DNA of 64,000 nt from contig OZ244044.1 of assembly GCA_965215275.1 (NCBI GenBank), positions 1,152,001 through 1,216,000 on the forward strand. Direction: 5' to 3'. The first letter of the stretch is position 1. Every line of letters begins with the position of its first letter. Of the stretch, positions 31,103 through 42,272 are shown piece by piece. Under the pieces are notes generated by a model. The model made no database searches, was not told the origin of the DNA, and saw only the letters and a list, made by a program, of their open reading frames with translations. The position numbers and the translations under genes were made by a program. Origin of the DNA: Thermodesulfobacteriota bacterium (GTDB taxonomy: Bacteria > Desulfobacterota_D > UBA1144 > Nemesobacterales > JAJCZQ01).

Positions 31103-32647
31103 TTAAAGTGGTATGTTCCCGTGTTTTTTAGGAGGATTTGTCGACCTCTTTCCGTCCAGCATGTCAAGTGCCAGTGCAACTCTATGCCTCGTATCCTCAG
31201 GCCTTATAACCTCGTCTATGTATCCCAGTTCGGCTGCTCTGTACGGATTGGCAAAGTTATTTTTATATTCCTCTATCAACGTTAATCTCTCAGAGTCCGG
31301 ATCATCTGCAGATGCAATTTGCCCTTTGAATACTATGTTCACGGCTCCATCGGGACCCATAACGGCAATCTCCGCGGTAGGATAAGCAAAATTTATATCA
31401 CCACCTATATGTTTTGAGGACATAACGTCATACGCACCACCGTAAGCCTTTCTGGTTATAATCGTTATCAACGGGACCGTTGCTTCACAGTACGCGTAAA
31501 GCAGTTTCGCTCCGTGCTTTATAATACCGTTCCATTCCTGATTTGTACCAGGTAGAAAACCAGGAGTGTCAACAAATGAGACTATGGGTATATTAAAACA
31601 GTCGCAGAACCTGATAAATCTTCCGGCTTTGATAGATGCATCTATGTCAAGACAGCCTGCCAGCACGGTCGGCTGATTTCCAACAATGCCAATGGACCTG
31701 CCATTTATTCTTGCAAATCCCACAACTATATTTTGGGCAAAGTGCTCATGGACCTCAAAAAAATACTCATCGTCCACGACCTTGTTTATTACTTGCTTAA
31801 TATCATAAGGCTTATTGGGATTTGTAGGAATAATGTCACGCAGACTCTCTTCCTTTCTGTCTATCGGATCGTCACATCTGACCCTGGGTGGGTCTTCCAT
31901 ATTATTAGACGGGATAAAGCTCAGCACTTCTTTAATGACAGATATAGTATCCTCATCATCTTCTGCGGCAAAATGTGCAACGCCACTTTTGGAGCTGTGT
32001 ACTACTGCACCACCCAGTTCCTCGGAAGAAACTTCTTCATGGGTAACCGCTTTTATAACGTCAGGACCTGTAATGAACATATAGCTGGTTTTTTTTGTCA
32101 TTATGATAAAATCGTTCATTGCGGGTGAATAAACCGCTCCACCAGCACACGGTCCCATTATTGCCGCGATCTGCGGCACAACGCCAGAAGCACGGGCGTT
32201 TCTTTTAAAGATGTCCGCGTATGCTCCCAGTCCTTCCACCCCTTCCTGAATTCTCGCCCCTCCAGAATCGTTAAGCCCTATGACAGGAACTCCCACTTCT
32301 ATCGCTTTGTCCATTATTTTGCGTATCTTTCCGCCGTGTGCGAGACCCAGCGATCCCCCCAAAACGGTAAAATCCTGTGCATAGACAAAAACCTGTCTAC
32401 CCTCAACCTTCCCATATCCCGTGACAACGCCATCGCCGAGGAACTTTTTCTGTTCCATTCCAAAATCTTTGCACCTGTGAGTAACCAGCTTATCCAGTTC
32501 AACAAAACTGTTTTTGTCTAAAAGAAGGTCTATTCTTTCCCGGGCAGTCAGTTTTCCCAGTTTATGCTGTTTTTCTATCTTCTCTTTCCCGCCACCTGCT
32601 TCAGCTTCTTTTTCCTTTTGCTCTAATAGGTCTATCTTTTTCTTCAT
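31103..32647 (-). CDS. pccB: Acyl-CoA carboxylase carboxyltransferase (PccB-like)
   Basis: [35 protein letters not shown]. Confidence 0.88.
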   Translation of the reverse strand: MKKKIDLLEQKEKEAEAGGGKEKIEKQHKLGKLTARERIDLLLDKNSFVELDKLVTHRCKDFGMEQKKFLGDGVVTGYGKVEGRQVFVYAQDFTVLGGSLGLAHGGKIRKIMDKAIEVGVPVIGLNDSGGARIQEGVEGLGAYADIFKRNARASGVVPQIAAIMGPCAGGAVYSPAMNDFIIMTKKTSYMFITGPDVIKAVTHEEVSSEELGGAVVHSSKSGVAHFAAEDDEDTISVIKEVLSFIPSNNMEDPPRVRCDDPIDRKEESLRDIIPTNPNKPYDIKQVINKVVDDEYFFEVHEHFAQNIVVGFARINGRSIGIVGNQPTVLAGCLDIDASIKAGRFIRFCDCFNIPIVSFVDTPGFLPGTNQEWNGIIKHGAKLLYAYCEATVPLITIITRKAYGGAYDVMSSKHIGGDINFAYPTAEIAVMGPDGAVNIVFKGQIASADDPDSERLTLIEEYKNNFANPYRAAELGYIDEVIRPEDTRHRVALALDMLDGKRSTNPPKKHGNIPL

Positions 32648-32769
32648 TATGGAGTCTCCAAGTAACCGAGCACTTAAAAATCAGCGTGAGTATGATACAT
32701 TTAAATGAACCATTTGTCAGTAAATGGTAAAATATATCATAATATCGAATGTTATAAACATTACCGGTT

Positions 32770-33387
32770 TTATGTAATTTTATCAGTTGAGGTCTGTATG
32801 GTTTCCCATATTTTTTTGACCTGTAACTCGGTTCTTTCAATACTTTCTGTATTATCTACAACAAAATCGGCCAGCTTTGCCTTTTGATCATCGCTGATCT
32901 GGGACCTTATTCTTGAAAGGATTTCTTCACTGCTCAAATTGTCTCTTTTTTTAATTCTGCTTATACGCGATTTTTCATCCACTGATACCACGATAAGTTT
33001 ATCAAACAATTTCAGCAGCCCTTTTCTCTCAACTAAAAGAGCTGCTTCAACTATCACCGTTCTCGCTTCATTGTCAGATCTGTATTTATCAATTCTGCTT
33101 ATGATCTCCTCTTGTATCCTAGGATGCATTATACTGTTGAGTTTTGCTCTTTTGTCCTGGTCTTCAAACACGACCTTGGCCAATAAACCCCTGTTGAGGG
33201 TCTGATCATCATTTAACATTTCCTTGCCAAACTCCGATACTATTCTTTTCCAGATAAATTTCCCCGGTTCAACTATCTCTCTGGCAATTTCGTCCGCATC
33301 TATAACGTTTGCTCCAAGTTCGCTGAAGATTTTTGCAACCGTAGATTTACCTGACCCTATACCCCCAGTCAGACCGATTATTTTCAT
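32770..33387 (-). CDS. coaE: Dephospho-CoA kinase
   Basis: GLTGGIGSGKS, IDAD, HP. Confidence 0.95.
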   Translation of the reverse strand: MKIIGLTGGIGSGKSTVAKIFSELGANVIDADEIAREIVEPGKFIWKRIVSEFGKEMLNDDQTLNRGLLAKVVFEDQDKRAKLNSIMHPRIQEEIISRIDKYRSDNEARTVIVEAALLVERKGLLKLFDKLIVVSVDEKSRISRIKKRDNLSSEEILSRIRSQISDDQKAKLADFVVDNTESIERTELQVKKIWETIQTSTDKIT

Positions 33388-33421
33388 ACCATTAAATTAT
33401 AATCTATAATAGTCATTAGTC

Positions 33422-34249
33422 ATGACATCTGTTCGGTGGAAAATATTTTTAATAATCGCCTTTATAACCTCAGGTATACTTGGACAACACAAGGAAGCAA
33501 TTGCAGACTTTGACAAAGCAATAGAGATTGCAATAGCTTACTACAACAGAGGACTTACCAAATGCGAACTTGGTCAATACAAGGAAGCAATTGCAGACTT
33601 TGACAAAGCAATAGAAATTACAATAGTTTACTACAACAGAGGACTTGCCAAATACGAACTTGGTCAATACAGGGAAGCAACCGCAGACTTTGACAAAGCA
33701 ATAAAGATTGCAAGAGTTTTCAATAACAGAGGACTTGCCAAACATGACCTTGGTCAATACAAAGAAGCGATCAATGACTATGACAAAGCAATAGAGATAG
33801 ACCCACAATTAGCAAGAGCTTTTTTCAATAACAGAGGACTTGCCAAACATGAACTTGGTCAATACAAGGAAGCAACCGCAGACTTTGACAAAACAATAAG
33901 GATAGATCCACAATCAGCAATAGCTTACAATAACAGAGGACTTGCCAAACATGAACTTGGTCAATACAAGGAAGCGATCAAGGACTATAACAAAGCAATA
34001 GAGATAGACCCACAATTAGCAATAGCTTACTACAACAGAGGACTTGTCAAACATGAACTTGGTCAATACAAGGAAGCGATCAAGGACTATGACAAAGCAA
34101 TAGAGATAGACCCACAATTAGCAAGAGCTTTCAATAACAGAGGACTTGCCAAATACGAACTTGGTCAATACAAAGAAGCGATCAAGGACTATGACAAAGC
34201 AACCAAAACAGACAATAAGACATTGCTGATTTATAAGAGTAAAGATTGA
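33422..34249 (+). CDS. Tetratricopeptide-repeat protein with hydrophobic N-terminus
   Basis: Seven and a half A.AY.NRGLAK.ELGQYKEAI.D.DKAIEI(DPQL) units. Confidence 0.85.
   Translation: MTSVRWKIFLIIAFITSGILGQHKEAIADFDKAIEIAIAYYNRGLTKCELGQYKEAIADFDKAIEITIVYYNRGLAKYELGQYREATADFDKAIKIARVFNNRGLAKHDLGQYKEAINDYDKAIEIDPQLARAFFNNRGLAKHELGQYKEATADFDKTIRIDPQSAIAYNNRGLAKHELGQYKEAIKDYNKAIEIDPQLAIAYYNRGLVKHELGQYKEAIKDYDKAIEIDPQLARAFNNRGLAKYELGQYKEAIKDYDKATKTDNKTLLIYKSKD
33479..34201 (+). repeat. Near-identical DNA tandem repeats underlying the TPR units
   Basis: ACAGAGGACTT recurs at 33546, 33636, 33726, 33831, 33933, 34035 and 34137 (periods 90, 90, 105, 102, 102, 102). Confidence 0.9.
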
Positions 34250-34378
34250 AAATCAGATGTTATAAACCGTCTGCAGTTTTTACTGGGTAATATTCAGCAA
34301 AAGACATAACTTTTCGGATAATAAACATGGATGTTTCATACCAATCCATTCCATTCTATCAGCTATATAACATGCTTT

Positions 34379-34921
34379 TTAATCATCAAAAGGTGGTTTT
34401 ATCCAATTGATCTTTTTTGTATTTTCTTCTTTCTTGTATCCTAAATATTCATCTAATAATTTTCCTCGTTCTTTATCTCTTTCTTTGTAGAACTCCCTAA
34501 TCTCTTTTTCTAATTCTTCATCATATAAAACTCTTAACCATTTCTTATTAAAATTAGAAATTTGATGATCAAAGATTATATCTAATTTATCTTCTGGAAA
34601 TACTCTTTTTATAATCTCCATCTCTGCTTCGTCTTCTGGAAAGAAATCCATCTCATAATATTCCAACTCTTTTTTATCTTCCCAAGTCTCTCTCCATAAA
34701 TTCTCACAAACAACTTCAGCACCTACAAGATCACGAGCTAAATTTGATGAATTAAGTTTTTCAGCATAACAATAAGCTCCATACATTAAATCCATTTTAT
34801 CTCTAAGATCAGTATGAGTAACAGAAGCAAGTTGAATATACCGTTCTGCCGCTTTCAGTATTTCTTCCTGAGTAGATTTTTCAGCAATCTCATCAATCTC
34901 CATTTCATCAATTTCAATCAT
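34379..34921 (-). CDS. Hypothetical acidic protein in an AT-rich islet
   Basis: 180-aa ORF with AAGGGAG RBS; no family recognised. Confidence 0.6.
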   Translation of the reverse strand: MIEIDEMEIDEIAEKSTQEEILKAAERYIQLASVTHTDLRDKMDLMYGAYCYAEKLNSSNLARDLVGAEVVCENLWRETWEDKKELEYYEMDFFPEDEAEMEIIKRVFPEDKLDIIFDHQISNFNKKWLRVLYDEELEKEIREFYKERDKERGKLLDEYLGYKKEENTKKINWIKPPFDD

Positions 34922-35154
34922 ATTATTATCTCCCTTAATTCAACTCTCCATATCTTTCTTTCAAATACCGAACATGTTTAACATCAGTTTCTATACAGAC
35001 AGGTAATCTTAATTTCCTTATCTGCTTTAACCCTTGAAATTTTTAAAAAGGTCAATAAATGAATACAATAAAAAATTATGGGAATAATATACTTTAGCGA
35101 TCAAGATATTATAATCTCTATAATTAAAGTTATAAAAAATAGGAGATATAATAA

Positions 35155-35580
35155 GTGAGTTTTTTAGATGGGGAATGGTTTAAAGAAGTAAAAGAAATTA
35201 CTTTTATGTTAAGAAAGCCAACTAATTTACCAGACCTTTCTGGTAATCCTGATCGTTCTATTCTTTCTATGGTTCATAAAGGAGATAAAGGTGATATCTT
35301 TGTAGAAGATGCTGAAAGTAAGATTATGCATGTAAGATGTCTTTCTCATCCAGACATATTTTATTTTATAAATTTAAAATTAGAAAATGGTAGTGAAAAA
35401 TTTTTTAGAAGTAATGGAAGAAGTTGGAAAGAATGTGATAGTAAAGAAAAATCATATAAATATGTTCCAGAAAAATATAGAGGGACTGTACATGAATTAA
35501 AATCAGGATGGAAACATAAAAATAACGCTACTCGTTTTATGAAATATGCTATTTTCGTTTTAAGTCTTTTTCAAAGATAA
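35155..35580 (+). CDS. Hypothetical protein in an AT-rich islet
   Basis: 141-aa ORF with AGGAG RBS and GTG start; no family recognised. Confidence 0.55.
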   Translation: MSFLDGEWFKEVKEITFMLRKPTNLPDLSGNPDRSILSMVHKGDKGDIFVEDAESKIMHVRCLSHPDIFYFINLKLENGSEKFFRSNGRSWKECDSKEKSYKYVPEKYRGTVHELKSGWKHKNNATRFMKYAIFVLSLFQR

Positions 35581-35665
35581 GACACTTGATTGCTAAAGTA
35601 TATTATTCCTAAAATTATTATCTAAACCATCTGACGCTATTAAGATAATGCAACAACAAGGTCAA

Positions 35666-35737
35666 TGGCGACGGGTGGATTTGAACCACCGACAAATGCC
35701 TTATGAGAGCACTGCTCTACCCCTGAGCTACGCCGCC
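35666..35737 (-). tRNA. tRNA with CAT anticodon, most likely elongator tRNA-Met; CCA not encoded
   Basis: GGCGGCG/CGTCGCC acceptor stem with paired G1-C72 (not initiator), TAGCTCAG D-arm, CTCATAA loop, GTTCAAATC T-loop. Ile2 identity not formally excluded. Confidence 0.9.
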
Positions 35738-35951
35738 AACAGAGTTGGGATTATAGCACTTGAAATTTTATCTTTCAAGAAGAGGCAAACAAGGATAAAA
35801 TGGAGAGGATTTCATTCCTATAATACAAAACAGGCTATAACTGAAGATTAATTTTTTCAACTTTTGAACTATTGTCTAAATAAGACTTTTCGTCTAAGTT
35901 TAATCAAGCTTGATCAAACACCTCAACCCGTTGTTTTAATACTGTTTTCTA

Positions 35952-36590
35952 TCAGACCAGACCCTGCTGGACTAATTCTCCATAGGCAAGAGTGTGTCTC
36001 CCAAGTTTCTTTAAGATTTCCAAATCCTCGGGTCTGTCGATATCGAGTGCAAAGTTCCTCATTTCGTAAATTTCATACGGAACTCGTTTTTCTTCAGCCT
36101 GCTCACGATGCTTTCTAAAACTATCGTGACCAAACATGGATTTAAGTATGTTTGGAGGCTTTCTCAATATCGCATTTGTACCGAGCTTGTCTCCGGAAGG
36201 TACCAGTATTACGTGAGGGGGGTCTTTTGCCTTTTCTAATATAGAGTCAATGTCTTCAGCGGTCATAAGGGGAGCATCTGCCGGAATAACCAAAACCGAA
36301 TCAGCACCTAACTGACCACATATCTCAACAGCGTAATCAACTGAGCTGCTCTCACTTTCCTGTTTGCTCTCCTCAATGATCAAAAAATTATATTTTTCCG
36401 CCATGGAAATTGCCTTTTTATCCATCGTTACCACTGCAACCTTATCAGCAAGCATAGATTTGACCGCAGAGTTATAAACGTCTTGCAGCATGGCATAGGC
36501 AAGAGCAGTTCTGCTCTCCTGCGACAGGACAGAAGAAAGCCTCTCATTAGCAAATTTTAGATTTTTTACAGGTATTAAAACAAATTTCAT
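35952..36590 (-). CDS. cofC: 2-phospho-L-lactate/PEP guanylyltransferase (F420 biosynthesis)
   Basis: IPVK...ERL, AMLQDV, ADAP, GTNA, FG.DSF..H, DIDRPEDL. Confidence 0.85.
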   Translation of the reverse strand: MKFVLIPVKNLKFANERLSSVLSQESRTALAYAMLQDVYNSAVKSMLADKVAVVTMDKKAISMAEKYNFLIIEESKQESESSSVDYAVEICGQLGADSVLVIPADAPLMTAEDIDSILEKAKDPPHVILVPSGDKLGTNAILRKPPNILKSMFGHDSFRKHREQAEEKRVPYEIYEMRNFALDIDRPEDLEILKKLGRHTLAYGELVQQGLV

Positions 36591-36739
36591 ACAACAAATT
36601 TACAGTAAATTAAACTTTTTACTACAAAAGATGTACGTTTAAGTATCAGCATTTTCTGTTTGCTTTACCGACTATCGATCATTTTTTACAACTAAACAGC
36701 GCTTGTTAAAACTAGGTATAGCTGGATATAATTTCCTTT

Positions 36740-39328
36740 ATGGAAGCACAAACTCCCATGATCAAACAGTATAATAAGATCAAGAACAACCACCCGGATT
36801 CTATACTGTTTTTCCGCCTAGGGGATTTTTATGAAATGTTCTTTGATGATGCCAAAACGGCTTCAAAAGTGCTTGGCATTACATTAACGTCAAGGAACAA
36901 GTCAAATAAAAGTTCAATCCCTCTATGCGGCTTTCCCCACCACAGCGTTGAACCATACTGTGCCAAGCTGCTGGAAAATGGGTATAAAGTGGCAATATGC
37001 GAACAAGTTGAGAAACCAAAGGACACAAGGAACGTTGTAGAAAGAAAAGTGGTGAAAATCCTAACTCCCGGAACAATTCTTGACTCGGAAAATCTGGAGT
37101 CCAAATCCAATAACTATATAGCAGCCGTTTATTTAAGTGAGAAGGAACCTACTATCTCTTACTGTGACATATCAACAGGTGAATTAAGAATATCTTCTCT
37201 CAATGATCACAATGATATGATGGATGAGATAGTACGGGTTGAACCAAGAGAAATATTAATAGATCAAAGGCAGAGGGAAAACCTGTCTTTAACAAAACAG
37301 TTCTTTAACCCGCTCATAACTGAAATAGATGAATGGAAGTGGGATTACAAAAATTCCAAGAACGTTCTGCTGGAACACTTAAACGTTGCCAGACTGGAAT
37401 CATTTGGCATTGAAGATAATCACGGTGCTGTAATTTCATGTGGGGTGCTTCTCAGTTACCTGTCTGAAACTCAGATGGACTTCATGCCGAATTTGCAGGA
37501 CCCACAGCTTTACAAACCAAGCGACTATCTAGAAATAGATGATTCAACCAGAAAAAACCTGGAGATATTAAAACCTCTAAATGATGACAAGAACGGACCC
37601 TCTCTGCTTTCAACCATAGACAGAACATCGTCTGCCATGGGAGGCAGATTAATGAAACAATGGCTCAACTACCCGCTTAAAAACACAGACGATATAACAA
37701 AACGGCTTGATTCCGTGGATGAACTTAGAAGGTCCTCGGAACTTAGGGACAGTATCGCCGTAGAACTGAAAAAAATAAACGACATTGAAAGGTTAATTGG
37801 AAGGATCTCCACCGCGGCTGCAAAACCAAAGGATATGGCAGGACTCAGGGATTCAGCATTCTCAATTGAGGAAATCAAATCACTTACGGGTAATTTCAAT
37901 TCAGAACTGCTAAGATCTGTTTATAACGAACTTGATGATCTTGCCGATATTAAAGAACTGCTTTTAAGTGCTCTTGTAGAACAGCCCCCTCATTCATCCA
38001 GAGAGGGCGGGATATTCAAAGAAGGTTTCAACGAAGAACTGGACCAGTTCAGATCAATTCAAAATGAAGGCAGGAGATGGATCTCTGATTTGGAGGCAAA
38101 GGAGAGAAAATCTACAGGTATCGGTTCCCTTAAGGTCAAGTATAATAAAGTCTTTGGATATTACATTGAAATTACCAAGTCCAATACCTCTCTTGTTCCT
38201 TCAAACTATATAAGAAAACAGACGGTCAGTAACGCGGAGAGGTTCATTACGCCTGAACTGAAGGACTTTGAGGAAAAAATACTCAACGCCAAAGAAAAGA
38301 TACTGGAAATTGAGACAGATCTTTTTGAAAAACTTCGCTCAGCCGTATCAGACAAGTCCGCAAGGATCAGAAAGACCGCTTCCCTGATAGCTCGGCTTGA
38401 TGTACTTTGCTCCCTTGCAGAGGTTGCAGACAAGAACGGATATGTAAAACCCACGGTCAACAGCGGCGAAAAGATCTATCTTAAAGACAGCAGACATCCG
38501 GTCGTGGAAAGCCTTGAACTGGAAAACGGGTTCGTTTCAAACAATATAATTCTTGATAAGGAAAATCAGGTCCTTATTGTCACTGGTCCGAACATGGCAG
38601 GTAAATCCACTCTTATCCGTCAGGCGGCTATCATAGTCCTTCTCGCTCAGACCGGAAGTTTCGTCCCTGCATCCAAAGCAGAGATCGGGGTCGTGGACAA
38701 GATATTCACCAGGGTCGGGGCATCTGACAATCTGGCAAAGGGATTATCCACTTTTATGGTCGAGATGGTAGAAACCGCTTATATATTGCGAAATGCCACT
38801 GATAAGAGTTTTGTAATACTGGATGAGATCGGCAGGGGGACCAGTACGTTCGATGGAATGAGCATCGCGTGGGCAGTTGCCGAATACCTTCACGACATGG
38901 GAGCAAAAACCCTGTTTGCCACCCACTACCATGAGCTTGCTCAGCTGACCCGTTCCAATCCACGAGTAAAGAACTACAATGTTCTTGTAAAAGAGGATAA
39001 AGATAAAATTATATTTCTGAGAAAACTTGTCCCGGGATACTCAAGCCACAGTTATGGGATACAGGTTGCAAAACTGGCAGGAATTCCTCAAAAGGTCATA
39101 ACGTCTTCCAGGAACATGCTTTCAACCCTGGAGAAGGTCCAGTCAAAACTTACAGAGCTGATGACAGGCGATCAGATGGTTCTCTTTGATGAAACTGCTG
39201 ATAATGAAATAGATGAAAATACTCACAGTGAGATCATAGAATATATTAAAGAAATCGATCCAATGAACCTGACACCTATGGAATCCCTGGCAAAGCTGAT
39301 CAAACTGAAGGAAAAGATAGGAAATTAA
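36740..39328 (+). CDS. mutS: DNA mismatch repair protein MutS
   Basis: TPMIKQY, GDFYEMF, GPNMAGKST, DEIGRGTST. Confidence 0.98.
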   Translation: MEAQTPMIKQYNKIKNNHPDSILFFRLGDFYEMFFDDAKTASKVLGITLTSRNKSNKSSIPLCGFPHHSVEPYCAKLLENGYKVAICEQVEKPKDTRNVVERKVVKILTPGTILDSENLESKSNNYIAAVYLSEKEPTISYCDISTGELRISSLNDHNDMMDEIVRVEPREILIDQRQRENLSLTKQFFNPLITEIDEWKWDYKNSKNVLLEHLNVARLESFGIEDNHGAVISCGVLLSYLSETQMDFMPNLQDPQLYKPSDYLEIDDSTRKNLEILKPLNDDKNGPSLLSTIDRTSSAMGGRLMKQWLNYPLKNTDDITKRLDSVDELRRSSELRDSIAVELKKINDIERLIGRISTAAAKPKDMAGLRDSAFSIEEIKSLTGNFNSELLRSVYNELDDLADIKELLLSALVEQPPHSSREGGIFKEGFNEELDQFRSIQNEGRRWISDLEAKERKSTGIGSLKVKYNKVFGYYIEITKSNTSLVPSNYIRKQTVSNAERFITPELKDFEEKILNAKEKILEIETDLFEKLRSAVSDKSARIRKTASLIARLDVLCSLAEVADKNGYVKPTVNSGEKIYLKDSRHPVVESLELENGFVSNNIILDKENQVLIVTGPNMAGKSTLIRQAAIIVLLAQTGSFVPASKAEIGVVDKIFTRVGASDNLAKGLSTFMVEMVETAYILRNATDKSFVILDEIGRGTSTFDGMSIAWAVAEYLHDMGAKTLFATHYHELAQLTRSNPRVKNYNVLVKEDKDKIIFLRKLVPGYSSHSYGIQVAKLAGIPQKVITSSRNMLSTLEKVQSKLTELMTGDQMVLFDETADNEIDENTHSEIIEYIKEIDPMNLTPMESLAKLIKLKEKIGN

Positions 39329-39346
39329 ACAGGGTCGTATGCTCCG

Positions 39347-40375
39347 TTAACTAAAAAGCCCCTTCTGGCCTTCAGGGGTCTTAACGTTGAGATGTTTAAA
39401 TGCAAGATGGGTCACCTTCCGGCCCCTTGGGGTTTTCTCAAGCAGACCCTCCCTGATAAGAAATGGTTCATAAACGTCCTCGATCGTATCTTTATCCTCG
39501 CTTACCGCAGCCGCGATCGTATCTATTCCCACCGGCCCGCCGTTAAATTTCGTAATTATTGTCTCCAGGATGGTCCTGTCCAGATTATCAAGCCCTTTTG
39601 CATCCACTCCTAACTGTTTCAAGGCAGCTTTTGCAAATTCTCCACTTACAACACCGTCAGCTTTCACCTCAGCGTAATCCCGCACCTGTTTTAACAACTT
39701 GTTTGCAATTCTTGGTGTTCCTCTTACCCTCAGGCTGAGTTCATCAGCTCCTTCATCTTTGATCCGAACGTTCAAAAGACGTGCGGACCTCAATATGATC
39801 TGTTTCAGTTCATCAACGGAGTAATAATCCAGTCTCAGGTCCACTCCGAACCTTGACCTCAGAGGTGAAGTAAGTAATCCCGTTCTGGTCGTAGCTCCGA
39901 TAAGCGTGAACCTGCTAAGGTTGATCTTCATTGATTTGGCAGTCGGACCTTCTCCAACCATCAAATCAATGTAGAAGTTCTCCATTGCCGAGTAAAGGTA
40001 CTCCTCAATAACCCTTTTAAGTCTGTGTATCTCATCTATAAATAAAACGTCTTTTTCTCCTAAGTTCGTAAGTATGGCGGCAATGTCGCCGGTCCTCTCA
40101 ACCACCGGGCCCGAGGTTGAATGAAACCCAACTCCAAGTTCGTTTGCCACAATGTGTGCAAGCGTCGTCTTTCCAAGACCCGAGGGACCACAGAGAAGGA
40201 CATGATCCAGAGCTTCTCTTCTTTTTTTTGCAGCTTTTATGAATATTCCGATCTTTTCCTTAACCTTTGACTGTCCCAGATATTCATCAAGGTTATTTGG
40301 TCTGAGAGAGCTATCAAAAAAGTCTTCACTCTGATCTGCGGGGTTTACTATTCTGTTTCCTTCTTCACGTTCCAT
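39347..40375 (-). CDS. ruvB: Holliday junction helicase RuvB
   Basis: [22 protein letters not shown]. Confidence 0.97.
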   Translation of the reverse strand: MEREEGNRIVNPADQSEDFFDSSLRPNNLDEYLGQSKVKEKIGIFIKAAKKRREALDHVLLCGPSGLGKTTLAHIVANELGVGFHSTSGPVVERTGDIAAILTNLGEKDVLFIDEIHRLKRVIEEYLYSAMENFYIDLMVGEGPTAKSMKINLSRFTLIGATTRTGLLTSPLRSRFGVDLRLDYYSVDELKQIILRSARLLNVRIKDEGADELSLRVRGTPRIANKLLKQVRDYAEVKADGVVSGEFAKAALKQLGVDAKGLDNLDRTILETIITKFNGGPVGIDTIAAAVSEDKDTIEDVYEPFLIREGLLEKTPRGRKVTHLAFKHLNVKTPEGQKGLFS

Positions 40376-40396
40376 CCTCTGTTCAGCTCCTTGGCC

Positions 40397-40984
40397 TTAT
40401 CTTTTTTTCATTATTTTCAACGATTCTTTCACTTTCTCTTCAGTGCTTACTGATCTGTTCGATATTTCATTAAGCTGGGCCGCATTTTCTTCAATTTCAT
40501 TCCTGGTAAAGCCAAGGCTTAACAGTACCGACCTAACGTCACTTATAACACCGCTGGCGGCACCTGTGTCCTCTTCAAGACCATAGCTGGGAAGTTTGTC
40601 TTTCAGTTCAGCTATTATCCTTGCAGCGTTCGCAGGACCGACTCCAGGCACTTTCCTTGACCCCAGATCACCTGTCATGATGGACTTTATAAGATCCTGC
40701 GGGGTTATATTGGACAAGATCTTAGTTGCTACTGCAGGACCTATCTTTGGAACGCCTATAAGACATTGGAAAAGTTTTTTTTCACTATCTGTAAGAAACC
40801 CAAAAAGTTCAAAGGATTTTTCCGTAACGTGGGTATGGATCTTCAGTTCCACCTCCGTACCCGTGTCCGGCAGACTGGAAAAAATCAACAGCGGGACCGT
40901 AACGCCGTATCCCACCCCTCCAACGTCCACGATCAGACTTCCATCAGATTTTTCTGCTATTTTGCCTCTTAGTAGTGATATCAT
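40397..40984 (-). CDS. ruvA: Holliday junction binding protein RuvA
   Basis: DVGGVGY, LFGF, HhH motifs. Confidence 0.95.
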   Translation of the reverse strand: MISLLRGKIAEKSDGSLIVDVGGVGYGVTVPLLIFSSLPDTGTEVELKIHTHVTEKSFELFGFLTDSEKKLFQCLIGVPKIGPAVATKILSNITPQDLIKSIMTGDLGSRKVPGVGPANAARIIAELKDKLPSYGLEEDTGAASGVISDVRSVLLSLGFTRNEIEENAAQLNEISNRSVSTEEKVKESLKIMKKR

Positions 40985-41519
40985 CTAAAGTAAATTTTTG
41001 ACGCTTCCGGCGGCGCGACCGGGTTTTTATATCCAGGCCGGTCACACTTGCATAATTGGAAAAGTTAATGTGGCATAGAGCTATTGCAAGAGCGTCCGAA
41101 ACGTCATTTCTGTCACAATCATCAATTCCAAGTGCATAAGAAACCATCTTCATAATTTCAAATTTTTTTGCCCTGCCACTTCCCGTTATGGCAAGTTTTA
41201 CCTTTGTTGGTGAATACTCATGAATGCTCAAACCCGACTCTTCAGCAGCCAGCATGGCAACCCCTTTGGACTGCCCGAGCTTGATCGCACTCTTTACGTT
41301 CTTGGCAAAAAATATATCTTCAAGTGACATTACCTGAGGGGAATGCTCATTTATCAATTCCATAAGGGACAGGTAAATAAACTGTAATTTTTTAGAAAAA
41401 TCAAAAGTTCGAGAAGGCGTGATCGCACCGCTTGTAATGTGCTGAAGCCCGCCCTTGCTGCTCTCAAGAACTCCATAACCACAGGATATGGAACCTGGAT
41501 CTACCCCTATAACCCTCAC
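40944..41519 (-). CDS. ruvC: Holliday junction resolvase RuvC
   Basis: GVDPG, EDIF, EYSP..VK..TGSG.AKK, DALAIA. Confidence 0.95.
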   Translation of the reverse strand: MRVIGVDPGSISCGYGVLESSKGGLQHITSGAITPSRTFDFSKKLQFIYLSLMELINEHSPQVMSLEDIFFAKNVKSAIKLGQSKGVAMLAAEESGLSIHEYSPTKVKLAITGSGRAKKFEIMKMVSYALGIDDCDRNDVSDALAIALCHINFSNYASVTGLDIKTRSRRRKRQKFTLDDITTKRQNSRKI

Positions 41520-41525
41520 GCGGCG

Positions 41526-42272
41526 TTATCCCAGTGCCTCAAGCAGCTCTTCAGATATATCAAAATTGGAATACACGTTCTGAACATCGTCACTGTCTTC
41601 CAGCGATTCCATAAGTCTGATCATATGTTCGGCTTGCCTGCCTTCGATTTTAATATTGGTCTTGGGTATCATCGTCACTTCAGCACTTTCATATTCAAAT
41701 CCGGCATCCTTTAACGCGGATCTAACTTCTTCAAAGTCCTCAGGTCTTGTAACAACGACAAAATCACTGTCTTCGCTGATCAGATCCTCGGCCCCTGAAT
41801 CAATAGCCGTTTCGAACAGGGTTTCCTCATCCGCAGAATCACCTTTGATCAGGATCCTGCCTTTCATTTCAAATATCCACGACACACATCCGGACTCTCC
41901 AAGGTTCCCACCGTTCTTGGTAAATAATTTTCTTATCTCAGCCACGGTCCTGTTCCTGTTATCGGTCAGCGTCTTAACGTAAACTGCACTTCCTCCAGGA
42001 CCATAGCCTTCATAGAAGATCTCCTGATATTCAACTCCATCCAGTTCCCCGGTACCTCTCTTTATGGCTCTTTCGATCGTGTCGTTGGGCATGTTCTGCC
42101 CCTTAGCGGCACCGATCGCCGTTCTGAGACGCGGGTTGGAATCAGAATCGCTGCCGCCTTCCCTGGCCGCAACCGTAAGTTCTCTGATGAGCTTTGTGAA
42201 CATCTTGCCTCTCTTGGCATCCACAGCGGCTTTCCTGTGTTTGATATTTGCCCATTTAGAATGTCCTGCCAT
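41526..42272 (-). CDS. yebC: YebC/PmpR family protein
   Basis: [22 protein letters not shown]. Confidence 0.97.
   Translation of the reverse strand: MAGHSKWANIKHRKAAVDAKRGKMFTKLIRELTVAAREGGSDSDSNPRLRTAIGAAKGQNMPNDTIERAIKRGTGELDGVEYQEIFYEGYGPGGSAVYVKTLTDNRNRTVAEIRKLFTKNGGNLGESGCVSWIFEMKGRILIKGDSADEETLFETAIDSGAEDLISEDSDFVVVTRPEDFEEVRSALKDAGFEYESAEVTMIPKTNIKIEGRQAEHMIRLMESLEDSDDVQNVYSNFDISEELLEALG

Noticed and set aside
33479..34201. Regularly spaced repeats resembling a CRISPR array or a DGR template/variable pair
   Set aside because: The whole unit is repeated with no unique spacers, it encodes in-frame TPRs, and no cas or reverse transcriptase gene is in the window
34250..34378. Possible integron attC site (GTTATAA and CATAAC words) between islet genes
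   Set aside because: No properly ordered R''/L''/L'/R' inverted structure found; the genes are not co-oriented; no integrase
35648..35851. 67-aa ORF in the track
   Set aside because: It is the antisense reading of the tRNA gene
40944..41030. Basic RuvC tail overlapping the ruvA start by 41 nt
   Set aside because: Most simply stop-codon drift in a compact operon; no sign of a separate function
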